A stretch of DNA of 64,000 nt, taken from Vicugna vicugna. Taxonomy: Eukaryota. The notes below the pieces were generated by a model. That model did not search any database and was not told the DNA's origin. It saw only the letters and a list, made by a program, of their open reading frames with translations. The stretch's first letter is position 1. The number at the start of each line of letters is the position of its first letter. The translations under genes and the position numbers were made by a program. Positions 36,830-48,469 of this stretch are shown here, one piece after another. The DNA lies in the NCBI GenBank assembly GCA_013265495.1, contig MU057801.1:1853879-1917878 (forward strand). Direction: 5' to 3'.

Positions 36830-37420
36830 GCATTCAGGTGGCGCGCCCTCCTCGCGCTCTGAAGTCGCACCTGGCCTCGGGATTCCTGGAGACAAAGCGG
36901 CCTAGTCACGCGGTCCACGCCGAGGCTCAGCCCACCTGGTGTTCCCGTTCGCCGGGGCCGCGGGTGTCCGGATTCGCGCCTTTGACTCTGTGCTCCAACG
37001 AGGAGAATGACTGGCCGAGACGAGCACGGCCCGCTGCCATCTTACTCAGCGCGTTGTTCACAGTCAGGGTGAGGAAACAAGACGCTGGGAGGGCTGCGCT
37101 GACATTAATCTCCAAGAGCCGACACCAGGCTCGCGAGGCCCCAGGACAGTGCCCGGAATGGGGCGGATCGGCGCGCTGGCTTCCAGGGAGGGCGCGCGCC
37201 TCCCCGCGGCCACCAGAGGCGCTGCCCCCACGCAGACGGCAGAAGTGCCTGGGAGCGCCCCGCCCCACCGCGCCGGCCTCGCCGCGGGCTGGCAGCGGTA
37301 AAGCGTGGCCCCCCGGCTGGGGGGGTGGACTGAGGTGCACATTAAGCCCCGGAGTCTGGACAAGGGGCGGGCGGGGTGAGTCAGACGGGAGTACCTTCTG
37401 CACAGCTCGGAGGTCGCACC
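36830..37420. promoter_or_regulatory. CpG-island-like segment with GC boxes, YY1-like, TEAD and AP-1 motifs
   Basis: Very dense CpG (several gcgcgc, ccgcgg, tcgcga). GCCATCTT at 37036, GGAATG at 37155, GGGCGG at 37161 and ~37365, TGAGTCA at 37377. No recognisable repeat. Confidence 0.45.
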
Positions 37421-37909
37421 CGACTTGGCTTCCTTCCTCCTGCCCCGTGTCTCCCCTTCCTCAGCACCCCTGGGAACACTTTCTCAACACGCCATCCCTG
37501 GCACGTGAACGCTCATCTCCAGCACAGAAAGGTCTGCGGACACGAGCCTTAGAGGGCCCGGCACCAGCCTCACCTGTGATTTGTCCCTCTCAGGTGGGCA
37601 GACCTGCTCCGGGACTCGCCCGGCCTCTCCTCCCAGGCTGTGCCCGGCCAGGTCCATGCCCAGGAGAACCAGGGGCTCGAAGAGCTGGAGCAGATCCAGT
37701 GGGCTGCACGTGTGTCCTCCCTGGTGAGGACACACGTCACCTGCCCCACAGGCAAGGAGCTACGTGGAGCCTTCATGCCAGGGAGCCCCAGGAAACTGCT
37801 GTGGCCGCATCGGCTGACTTGAAACCATGAAAGACTACAAAAGCCACCCAGAAAACTCATGAGAAGAAACTGCAGGGGAGCACGATGTCTGGCAAGGATT
37901 TGGGGGAGA

Positions 37910-38270
37910 GTTTTAGGTGTATAAAAATATTTGGTGAAGAAACTGAGAAATTGCAAATAAAAATAACAAAATAAAAATCATACCACCACTCAGGAATGAG
38001 TGCTACTAAATTTTGTGCACACATGTGCACACTTAGCTTTAAAAATGACTTGAGACTTTTTTGTAACCTGCTTTCACTTAATCATAAACACTGATGACAG
38101 AGCATTTGTGAGGCTATCAAGTAATTTGCAATTAGTTTTACTTATTTAATGTATTCCACAGGTGCAATCATTTGTTCTGTTTTTAAATAAACAGGGAGAA
38201 CTCTTGCACTAAATGGACATTAGTTCCTTCAAACTAACACATTAGGAAACGGTGTGCTATTCAGATGGGG
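37910..38270 (-). mobile_element. Very old L1ME-like 3' fragment
   Basis: AT-rich block with aaataaaaatcataccaccactcag and ttttgtaacctgctttcacttaa, typical of antisense L1ME 3' ends. Confidence 0.5.
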
Positions 38271-38474
38271 CCAGTGCTGTTCAAGGCGACCTCCAGTCGT
38301 GAAATTTACCCTGCAGTGACCCGTTTTTAAAAACATGGCAGGGCTCTTCAGCTGTTTGCTGCAGTTTAAAACCAGTTCAGCCAGAGCCAACTGCTTGAGA
38401 AGTCGGGTGAGAGAAATGGGTAAAATGTCTGTAGTCAAAGTTTCCATGTGAATGATGCTAGAGAATGTTCTAGT

Positions 38475-38900
38475 ACATTTTTCCAAAGAGGAAATGCAGG
38501 TGGCCAACAGGCACATGAAAAGAAACGCTCAGTATCGCTGATCATCAGGGAAATGCAAATCTCTCCCACAGTGAGGGCCCACCTGCCCCCTGTGAGAAGG
38601 CCCAGCATCAAAAAGTCTGCAAACGACAGATGCTGGCGCGGACGTGGAGAAAAGGGAGCCCTCGTGCACTGCTGGTGGGGGTGCAAATTGGTGAAAACAG
38701 TATGGCGGTTTCTCGAAACCCTAAAAGTAGAACCGTCACATGACCCAGCAATTCCGCTGTTGGGTGTATACCCGAAAAGAACCAAAACACTCATCCAAAA
38801 AGACACGTGCACCCGATGTTCACAGCAGCATTGCTGACAAATTGCCAAGACATGCAGGCAACCTGAGCGTCCACCACCGGGTGACTGGCTAAAGAAGACG
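38475..38900 (+). mobile_element. LINE-1 ORF2 C-terminal (cysteine-rich domain) remnant
   Basis: ORF 38448-38837 includes SLIIREMQI...IKKSANDRCWRGRGEKGALVHCWWGCKLVKTVWRFLETLKVEPSHDPAIPLLGVYP...IQKDTCT. Confidence 0.95.
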
Positions 38901-39380
38901 CCCCACGGCCCTCCTGAAGCCCCTGGGCCCCCACAGTCTGATCCGACCTCCGCCTGCCCACTCTGGACAGGGGGCGGTGGCCCTGCTGCCCGGGCCCCAC
39001 CCCAGCCGCCCGGGCCCCCGGTACCCGCATGGTGCTTTCCTCAGAGTTGCAACCTGAATTCTGAGCTGAAGGGACCGTTCTGTGAGGGATGCAGGGTGGC
39101 GACAGCGCGTCCCTCCGCACCCGCCAGTGCTCCGATGCCGGGCCAGGGCACCTCAGCACACGAGGGGACCGTGGCGTCCGCCCCAGCCCCTGCTTGTGAC
39201 CCTGCAGAGCACGTGCAGTGACTGTGGGTCCTGAAGCCAGCGAGGCGGGCCTCTCGGAGCTTGGTTTGTCTTATTTTCCACCTGCGCTGGGGTTCCTCCC
39301 CCAGAGCCCGTGGTCTGGGGGCTCCCCAAACTGACTGTCTGCGGGCAGTGTGTGTGTGACTCAGCAGACCCTGAAAGGGG

Positions 39381-39740
39381 TGCGTGTTGGTCTTCCATGG
39401 CTGCTGCAGCAAATGACACCGACTTAGCGGCCTCTTCCCTGAAGCCTCCGTAACTGGGGGGTCCAGCCATTACCTGTCTCACCAACGTCGCGAGGGGGAC
39501 CGAGCGGGTCTCCCTTCTGGAGGCTCTGGGGGCCATTTCCTCCGGACAATCACCCTCCGTGCCGTTCTCCTTGGCTGCTGGCCGCTCTGCCCAGCGTCGA
39601 AGCCCCAGGGGAGGGGCGGGGCCTGAGTCCTTCTCAGAACCCAGCCTCGCAAGTTCTGAAGCCACTCGCTCCACTCTCCTCCATCCCACCCGCTCTCACA
39701 CTCTTGCCAGTTTTCTTTAGATGTAAGATTTATGACTTTT
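39381..39740 (-). mobile_element. Decayed MaLR LTR fragment (MLT1D/E-like)
   Basis: tgttggtcttccatggctgctgcagcaaatgacaccgacttagcggc and cccttctggaggctctggggg resemble antisense MLT1 motifs. Confidence 0.55.
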
Positions 39741-39760
39741 CCCCCCAGAATTTTCCTTCC

Positions 39761-39950
39761 GCAGGAATACGCCTACGACAGAGTCCTACTGTGCAGCCCA
39801 GGGAACCGTGTGCGATTTCCTGTGATAACCTGCAACGGGCAAGACTCGGAGAGAAGTGCAGAGGCGTGCAGGTGTACGTACAAGGGGGTGGCTTTGCGGC
39901 ACACCTGAAACTGACACCGTAAGTCAGTTACACTTCAACAAAAAACAAAA
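39761..39950 (+). mobile_element. LINE-1 3' UTR tail, strongly GC-shifted
   Basis: gtcctactgtgcagcccagggaacc...tgtgataacctgcaacgg...acacctgaaactgacaccgtaagtcagttacacttcaacaaaaaacaaaa aligns to the L1 tails at 5550-5710 and 27190-27372. Confidence 0.85.
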
Positions 39951-40630
39951 TTTGCTACAACAGAAAAGAGAATGCTCACCCACCAGGACTGGTGTTGCAC
40001 AAATATTAAGCATCAAATTTTATTATGATAGAAAATACGGACACTCAGAGCCAGCAGGCTGCGTGGCACGGAGGCAGGCGGGTGATCTGCGCATCTTTCC
40101 CCTGATACCTGCTGATAGCAGGGGCCGCAGGAGCCTGTAGCTGATACGGCCATGAAGATCCAGCACGGCCTTCCGGCTCTCGGTGGTTTTCCAAGGGACC
40201 GCTGGCTGTGACCACGCCAGCGCCTTCGTGTAAATGGGGGGCGAGGAGGCAGCACTGTGTCTTTGCGAATTGCCACCGGAGGACTAACTCATTTCAAACA
40301 TCAGGAGGCTTTGCTACGCACTGATGTGATGCCTCAGTGTGACCTTGGCTCTTTACTGCCTCGGAGAACAGACCCTTTATGGGCTCCAGATGGAAAGTGA
40401 GAAGTCAACAACCCCTTGTAGACTAACCCCGTATGTTTTCCACGCACTGCAGGGATGTGCTTTGTTCGGCGTGTCATTTATTTTGATGAAAGTAACACAT
40501 AAATGATGACAGATTGCTGTTTCCAAAGTTTGCGCTACACAAAGCAAAAAAAATGTAATACAGACATTAAAAGCCTGAAAGGAGAGGTGAGTTTTCCAGA
40601 TGGTGAGTTGGAATCACAAACCTCTTGTAA

Positions 40631-40762
40631 GTGTGTGTGTGTGTATGTGTGCGCGCACACGTGTGTATATGCATGTGTGTGCGTGCGTGTGTGTGCATGT
40701 GTGCACATGTGTGTGTGTATGTGTGTTTGCATGTGTGCGTGTGTGTATGCGCGTGTGTGCGT
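40631..40762. repeat. Alternating purine-pyrimidine (TG/CG/TA/CA) low-complexity tract
   Basis: 132 bp of RY alternation with a single break at 40727. Confidence 0.95.
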
Positions 40763-40849
40763 CGTACCTGTGTTTGGCAGAAGCCGCTCTCATGCCCCCG
40801 AATAAATAGACAGGGAAGTCACCGTTCCGAGCTGCCAACCATTGACGTA

Positions 40850-41200
40850 CTTGTGTTACTTAGGACGAGGTTTGACGACACGCAACAGGGGCTGAAACAA
40901 GAAAGACACTCATTTCTCTCAGACGTAAAATCCAGATTCTGCCCCATGAACTCCCTCCAGCCCCTGCTGCTCTCACCGCGCAGCCTATGCTTTGGCCCGG
41001 CCTTCAGGATCCCCGACGGCAACACCGCGTCCCCTCCAGGCCGGAGACGGCCTCACCCCTCGGCTGCCAGCGTCGCGCTGGCGGCCGAGGTCACAGGGCA
41101 GCGCCCGGCCCCAGGGGAGGCTGGGGGACAGCGCCTCCCGCACGCGCGGCCGGGCCCTCTGGGAGCTGGGGCGTGTGCCTGTGGACAGGAGGCGGTGCGT
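40850..41200 (-). mobile_element. Old MaLR LTR fragment (MLT1J/K-like)
   Basis: aacaggggctgaaacaagaaagacactcattttctctc and ggtcacagggcagcgcccggccccaggggaggctggggga resemble gtcacatggccacacctagctgcaagggaggctgggaa. Confidence 0.5.
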
Positions 41201-43980
41201 GTCTGGGAACGCCGGCCCTGCCGCAGGCCCTCAGGGTGGCCGCTAGCGCGGTCAGCACGGCGGATTCCAGTGAGGACTCTCCGGGCTTCTTCCTTAAGTC
41301 GGAGGCAGGAACTTCCTCCAGCCCTTGGCTTGCTTATTTGAGGGTGAATTAAAATCTGAGGTCAACTCCAACTGTAATGTTGAATGAAGACCTTTTGGAA
41401 CACGAAAAATCAGCCTGGCAGCACCGGACAGGATTCTGCAAAGGATCGTTTCTCCCTTAGTTAGAAAGCAGTTGTTCATCGGAAGGCCACGCCTTCTCCT
41501 CCTGGGAGTCCCACGTCCAGTGACTTATCCAAGTGGGGACGTAAAGGCCCTGCGCCCTCACCCCCCAGGGCCAGCGCTGAAGGGTCAGCCACCTCAGAGC
41601 TCCCCGGGGCTCAGCTGAGGATCTCTGGGCGCTGCCTCGCGGGTTGTGTGTGCCAGCCCCGCCCCGTCTCCCCGCCCCTCCGCGAGCACCACAGTGAACC
41701 TGCACTCGGGTGTCCAGCTCTGAGGCTTCTTCCCAGCGTGGAGCCCACCCGGTGACCATCCTGGGTCACTGTCCTGGCTCACGCCTTGCACTCGTCGGCC
41801 GTCTCCATACTGTGCTTCTCCGCCTCCCTGCCGCTCCACGTCGGTCAGCGAGCATCTCTGCTTCCTGAGGGAGGAGGCTCAGCTCAGCGGTCCCCCCTAT
41901 CCTGGGGATCCCCTCGGTCCTCCAGGACCACCCTTGTGCAAGCAGATGTCCTTGGGTGGTTCCAGGCTTCAGGGAGAACGCGCCGTAACAGCGGGAACGC
42001 GGGTACCGTCTCTGCTCTGCCGCATCCGCGTGCAAAGCTGGCTGGCTCTACTGCAAGGGTGATGACCCCTGCTCCAGGGAGTTCCTGGGCTAAATAAACC
42101 AGTGCGGTTCAAACCAGCAGCTCCACTGCTCACTCCTGTGCACCCCGGGCCAAGGTGGACGGTACTTGCCCGGATGGTCAAGAAGCGTTGGCTTTCTTAC
42201 TGGGCCTCACGAATTTCAGGGGCCCCTCAGAGGGGATGTTCAAAGCAGCCTCGCCTCCCTGGGGCCTCTCATTCTCCTGGCAGTGCCAGCTTTCCCTCTG
42301 GTGCACAGGCCCTCCGCCTCTAGTTTCTGTGGCAGCTTTTGACCTTGTGCGGCTGCCCCGGCCTGAATCCTCCTTCCACCTTTTCCTCTGGCCCCAGAAA
42401 TTCTTCTCAGCTCAGAAAAGCATGGAGACTTAACGTGCTCACTGTCAGAACAGCAACCGAGCCCCGGGTGGTGCAAAGTCTCCTCAGCTGGCCTGAGAAC
42501 AGCGGGTGGTGGCAGGGGTTCCCCGGGCGGTCTCCTTGCCTGGGAGCGTTGCCATTGTCTGGAAACTGGTCAGAACTGTGACTCCAGGGCCCCCAGCCCA
42601 GATTTCCGGAATCAGAGTCTGTGAGGGCAGGACTCAGCAAACCATCATGCCGGCCCTCGGGAGGAGCCCGGTGAAGTCTGAGAGTCGCCGTCAAGAGGCC
42701 TCTCCGGGGCAAGTTGCACTAGGCTCAAGTCCCTCCCCACCCCCACGTGTGTAAATGAGTGTTTGCACCTTAACACAAAAGGGTTTCCGATGTTGATCTT
42801 ACGCCTTCAGGGAAAACAACTACACGTTCGTGAAAATTTTAACACAAGTAAGTGTTAGACGTGGCGCATCTTTTCCTGCCAGTCCTCAGTACTCCAGCAA
42901 AAAAAAAAAAAAAAAGGCTGTTAAACTTTTAAGCCACGTGACCTGGAAAAGCCTGTAGCTGCTGACGGTGGCTCTGACCACGCTGCAGGCAATAAAGGCT
43001 GCTGACCTGCCTCTGTTTGCTTTCTGCTCAAGATAAACATTTATCACTGGGCCTATTGATTAACACCAGATCACTTCCCTCCTACTCTTCCACAAAGGGA
43101 GCAGGCTCCCCCGGGAACGCAAAGCTCTGTGGGGCTCCAGGGACCCCACGCACGGCCGGAGGTGTGGGGCCCTCTCCCCGCGGGCAGGCCAGTCGCAAGC
43201 AAGACGCGGGGCCGGGTCAGCTGCCCGGTGCGCAGCTCTGCTCCAGATGCCTGCGTGGCTCGTGCCCTGGAAAACAGGCTGCAGAGGAACCGCCCGTTTT
43301 TTGCAGTTTTCTTGATTTTTTGTTTTTGTTTTTCCAGTTTTTGCCAAGGATGGGAAATTAGGCAGTGCTGGGGGAAAGAAAAGCATTGGCTTGATTTGCA
43401 GGCACATTAAAGAACCGACATGGTCCGTGAATGTTTCGATGTTTGAGGCTGCCTCAGCTCCAGTCTAGAAGTGGGTGGTATAAATGGATGAATGTGTGTT
43501 TATTCACACCGACTCTTCCTCTGATCTTTTGTTTTGTGGACAACCATTCCTGTCGCTAATAACGTGATGTTTGAATCTATACAACCAGTGAATTAAATTT
43601 TATTTTTAATCATTATTATGCATCTTGAGAAGAGTTTTTTTTTGTTAAACATGGTTTAAAGAGGTCACTTCGCAGTTAGTGACATGCTGTGACTAACCTG
43701 TCCCACTATTCTCCAAGCAAATTGTTGTGACGTTACATTGAACAGTTTCTTATTCGCCATCCATTCTGGTTCTGGAGAGAAGCTTGATTATGTCTGTCCT
43801 TCAGGGAGCTGCTGTGGACGCAAGGCTTTGGGGCTGCACCTGTGGGTCCAGGGACAGCCAGGAGGGGACATTATCATCACTGGCTGCAATTGCAACTTCT
43901 TCAAGTTTTTCTGCAGATAGTTTCTGGTGTAAAAACTTGAAAGTACCCTTTTTAAAACCTGAGCAAAGGCCTTCCCCCTC

Positions 43981-46900
43981 TACTTTTCATTGTGAGCTAA
44001 TTGCAGCTTCCCATGCAGTCGTAAGAAGTAACACACAGATTCTCTGCACCTTTCAGCCGAAAGTAGTATCTTGTAAAATTAGAAACTATCGCAACAGGAT
44101 GTTGACACTGACAGCGTGGGGACAGAACGCGTTTTCATCACGTCACAAGGATCCCTCCTGCTTCACTTTATAGCCAAACCGTGTCTTTCCCGCTCTCCCC
44201 TCTCCTTCACTCTGGCAACCAAGCATCTGCTCGCCATTTCTGTAATTCTGTCATCTCAGGCACGTTATATACCCGGGACCGCACGGCGTGAAATCTTTGG
44301 AGATGGAATTTTTTTCCCTTCAGTGTGAGTCTCTGGAATTCGCACAGACCATTGCATCTCATCGATAGTTTGTTCCTTTTTATTGCTGAGTAGTATTCCA
44401 CGGGTCCCATGGTACAGATAGACCCCGTTTCATTCGACAGCTCACTTACTGAAGGGCTTCTGGGTTGTTCTGTTCTAGGCTGTTGTAAATAAAACTGTCA
44501 TAAATATTTGTGCAGGGATTTCTATGTGAACGTACGTCCCCATTCCTCTGGGATAAATGTCCAGGAGTACAATGCTGAGTCATACGACAGTGATGTGTTT
44601 AGCCTTTAAAGAAACCACTGAATTGTTTTCCAGAGAGACCCCAGCCTACCGCCTTCCCGCCGGAAACCTGACAGCCGCTCGGCTCCGCGCATCCTGCCAG
44701 TCCTGGTGGTGTCATTTCTCCATTGTGCTTTGAATTTGCGTTTCTCTCATGGCTCATGATTCCCCTGGTCCTGATTGCAGTCCATGTGCGTGTCTGCAAT
44801 CTACGCGGCCTCTGCTGTGAAATGTCTCTTCGTGCCCGTGTTCTAGTAGGATGGCTTGTGTTTACTGCTGAGTTTTCCGAGCTCCTTGCACATTCCACAC
44901 CCAGTCCTCTGGACAGCGGTCTGCAAGCATGTTCTCCCCGTCTGCAGCCCGCTGTGTCGTCCTTTTAACAGGGTCTTTCACAAAGCGAAAGTTTTTAATT
45001 TTGACAAAGTCCAGTTTGAACATCTTTCTTTGTGTGGATCGTGCTTTTAGTCTAAGAAATCGTTGCCTCGTCCTAAATCCCTGAGACTTTCTCCCATGTT
45101 TTCTTCTGAACGTTTTATAGTTTCACATTTTCACTTAAGCCCATAATCCATTTTGAGTTAATTTTTGTCTAAGGTCTGAGCCTCAGGTCAAGGTTCATAT
45201 CCTGCCGTATGGATGTCCAATTACTTTAGTACCATTCGTCGAAATGGCTCTTTCCTCCGTGGAATGACCTTGCAGCTTTGCCAGAAATCCTTGGGGCGGG
45301 AGGAGGGTGCAGCTCAGTGGCAGAGCACGTGCTTAGTGTGCACGAGGTCCTGGGTTCAATCCCCGGTGCCTCCTCTAAAGATAGATGAACCTAATGACAT
45401 CTCCCCCAGCCAAAATAAAATAATTAAGTAATACCATAATAAATTAATTAAACAAATACATTTTTGAAAACCTCTTTGGAGCATGTTTCTGTGGGTCTAC
45501 GTGGCTCTTGCCTCCGTTCGGCGGACTGCAGTGCCCGTCCTCGCCAACCCCACGCCACCGTGGTTACTGCAGCCACAGTAAATCTTGAAGTGGGACGACC
45601 CGGTCGCTCCCGCCTTCTTCCTCCTTTACACCGTCGCTTAAGCTATTTTGACCCCCTCGCCTTTCCGCGTGCATTTTAGATACTGGCTTCTTTACTCACA
45701 GTCAGGCCGTGGCCAGCATGGACGGCCTGTATACGTTTGTTAGATTTGCACCTGCGTGTCTCCCTTCTTCTGTGCAGTCGTGAGCACTGTGGTGTTTCAG
45801 TTCTGGCCTCCAGGAGCTCACTGCTAGTCGACATACAATTAACTTCTGTGCGTTTGTCTCTCATCCTGCAGACTTGCTGAAGGCGCTTGTTAGTTCTAGG
45901 AGAGCCTTCGTAGATTCCTTGGGATTTTCTAGGGAGGCAATCACATCACCTGCAAACGGAGGCAGTTGCATTTCTCTCCTTCTGATCTGTACGCCTCTTA
46001 TGTGCTTTCCTAGGCGCCCTGTACGTGCCACGTGCAGCGCTAGGCGAAGGGTGAGCGTGAATGGCCCTGCCTTGCTCCCCGTCTTGGGGGAAAACCTGCT
46101 CTTCTACCACTAAGCACGTCAGACGGAGATTTCTGCCAATGGTCTTAATCAAATTGAGTGTGTGCTTGGCGATGCCTTTTATTCTGAGACTTTTTGTCGT
46201 GAACGGGTGTTGAATTTTGTCAAGCACATTTTCTGTGTAGATTTATATGATCATGTGATTTTTCTTCGGTGGCCTAGTGATATGGTGAATTACCCTGATT
46301 TTCAAGTCTTGAACCAGCCTCGCATCTCTGGAATAAACTCCCTGTGGTCATGGCGTGGAACTCTTTTTATGTATCCCTGGACTCTGTTTGCTCATATTTT
46401 GTTAAGAAGTCTGTCTATGTTCATGAAGGACACTGGTGTCTAGTTTTCTTTTTGCAATGTCTTTGCCCGGTTTCAGTGTCAGGGTGATAGTAGCTTCGTA
46501 AGATGGATCAGGAAGCAGTTCCCGTCCTCTGCTTCCTGGACGAGAGCAGGCAGAACCGGCATTAACTTCTCTTTCCTGTTGGTCTGACCTCGGGACTTCT
46601 TCGGTGGGGAGTTATTAAACCACAAGTTCAGGTTTTAAACTGAATTTTAAAAGTGCCATCTGTGACCACGGGTCATCTTCTGGTTACAGCGCCGGGTCCC
46701 CATCATGCGTGTACGTCCGTGCGCTGTTTTCATATTTCAAATTCGATTTTCTTCATAGTTCTCGGGCTGTTAAAATGATCGATTTTACGTGAGTGAACCG
46801 TAGCTTGTGCTTTGCAGGACGTTGTCCCCTTCATTCAGTTTGTCACCTCTCCGTGTGCCGGGTCGTCTGCAGGGTCCCGGGTCCTTCTGTGTTCGCCCAC

Positions 46901-47566
46901 GGGCTCCATGCTGCCAGCGTGGGTTCCGTCCCCGGTCTCGGGCGTCTGTGCCTCTCGCTTTTCCCGTCATCAGTGCTGCAAAAGGCTTCGCAGGTCTATT
47001 GACCTTCAAAGAACACACTCGTTTTTCATTGATTTCCTCCACTTTCTGTTTTCAGTGTCATTGGTTTCCTGTCTTTTTTATTCCTTTTCTTCCGTTTGCT
47101 TTGGACTTCTTTCCTCTTCTTTCTGTGGGTCCTGCAGGCAAACGCTCGTCTCATTGGCTCGGGACTAACTCTTGCCTCAAGTGTACATCTGATGCTATAC
47201 GTGCCCCTCGCAGGACGGCTTTGGCTGACACCACGAGCGCGGATGTCTTGAATGTTCGTTTGTGTTCAGTTCAGTTTTCTGACCTGGGAATTCCTCGTCC
47301 ACCCGTGCATTACTTAGGAGTGTGTTGTTCAGTTTCCGGACATTTGAAGACTTTCCTGCTATCTCTCTGTTATTGGTTTTTACTCTCATTCCTCTGAGTC
47401 CAGAGGACACACTTTTCAGTTCTTATGCAATTTTTGAGATTTGTTTTATGACACAGAATATTATCAAAATAGATATGTGTCTCGTGAGCAGTTGAAGATC
47501 GTGTGCCTTCTGCCCTCGGTCGAGGGCTCTGTGGACGTCAGAGAGACCCTGTGACTGACAGCGCTG
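43981..47566 (-). mobile_element. Long decayed L1MC1-like LINE-1 (3' UTR through ORF2 RT/EN remnants), with internal insertions
   Basis: 3' end: taattgcagcttcccatgcagtcgtaagaagtaacac...caacaggatgttgacactgac...cacaaggatccctc...tttgttcctttttattgctgagtagtattcca. Minus-strand ORF2 remnants include LDKIQHPFTTKSL..KGI...LNLIKTI (45946-46227), EYYSAIKRNKL (44207-44410) and KLNNTLLSN (47195-47410). Confidence 0.9.
45293..45460 (+). mobile_element. tRNA-derived SINE (camelid Vic-1-like) inserted in the L1
   Basis: ggagggtgcagctcagtggcagagcacgtgcttagtgtgcacgaggtcctgggttcaatccccggtgcctcc...aacctaatgacatctccccc followed by an A/T-rich tail; A and B boxes present. Confidence 0.92.
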
Positions 47567-47574
47567 GCCGGCCC

Positions 47575-47795
47575 GTCTCCTTCTCTGGGTCAGTCTAGCT
47601 GAAGGCTTGTTAGCTTTGTTCATCTTCACTAGAACCGACTTGGATTCTGTTTCTTTTCTCTGTTCCTTCTCTCTTCTCTGTTTCATTTATCTCCACTACA
47701 ACCTTGATTCTTTCCTTCCTTGCTACTGCTGTGGACTTAGTTCGCTATTCTTTGGATCATTGATTTGAGAACTCGCTCCTTTCTTAATAGAGGCA
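47575..47795 (-). mobile_element. Second LINE-1 ORF2 fragment (post-endonuclease linker region)
   Basis: ORF 47423-47686 gives KETESKSVLVKMNKANKPSARLT, matching the L1 [22 protein letters not shown] motif. Confidence 0.75.
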
Positions 47796-48228
47796 AGCAC
47801 TGACTATTTTCAACTTTTGCCAGACCATTCAAGAGTTTAAGAAAAACTCCAGGGTGATGGACAGATAGGTTCCAGCCTGGAGTCTGAGATTCCATGTCTC
47901 CCTTACAGCCTGGTTTCTCTAAATACTCAGGCCAAGAGTGCATTTCAGCTGCTGAAGCAGGAAATAAGTCATGTCCAAGCTTTTCTTATAATTAACTCTA
48001 AATTTGAATAAAATAGAGTGGCCAGAAGGGGACGTTCTGTTTCTGCTACGTGCTTCCGAGGTTGGCCTGCTGAACATGGCCTCCCACAAGGATGGCGACA
48101 TCTCCTGTGGGCAGGGGGCATCCTACTCGGTCTTGGGTTTCCATCCTCTTCCACATCCTCCGTGTCTCTCCTGTCCTTCTCTTTCCAGCACCTACTGGTC
48201 ATCCATTATTTCTCTGTTCACACAGATG

Positions 48229-48340
48229 TTCATTCATTCATAAATTCACTCACTCGTTCACTGAACCAAACTTCTAAAGCACCTACAACAAGCAGGTCCT
48301 GCTGTGTGAAGACACGCAAAATCACCTGAGTCTTGACCTT
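48229..48340 (-). mobile_element. L2 3' tail fragment
   Basis: ttcattcattca...cactcactcgttcactgaaccaaacttctaaagcacctac. Confidence 0.55.
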
Positions 48341-48469
48341 GACATCATCGTCCAGGAGCGTCCCACATGCCCACCTGTCAGGAGCCAGTCCTGGGCGCAC
48401 AGGCCCCCTGCCCTTGACACGTGACTTGCACCTCAGCAGCAGCCCCCATTGCAGGCAAGACGCTAAAAG

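Noticed and set aside
37205..37228. CTCF-like gccaccagaggcgctg
   Set aside because: One base short in the core (AGAGGCGC rather than AGRKGGCRS), so the most informative positions mismatch.
36838..37830. Longest ORF (330 aa, + strand)
   Set aside because: GTG start, Pro/Arg/Ala/Gly-rich composition expected from GC-rich DNA, no recognisable domain, and overlapping antisense ORFs of similar character.
38448..38837. L1 ORF2-like ORF as a functional or domesticated CDS
   Set aside because: Only a frameshifted C-terminal fragment without RT/EN; the same applies to 26808-27092.
40503..41341. Cys/Val- and His/Thr-rich ORFs
   Set aside because: Translation of the (TG)n-type tract.
45293..45375. 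tRNA-like sequence with A and B boxes
   Set aside because: It is followed by a SINE body and A/T tail and has two paralogues in the window. It is a SINE head, not a tRNA gene.
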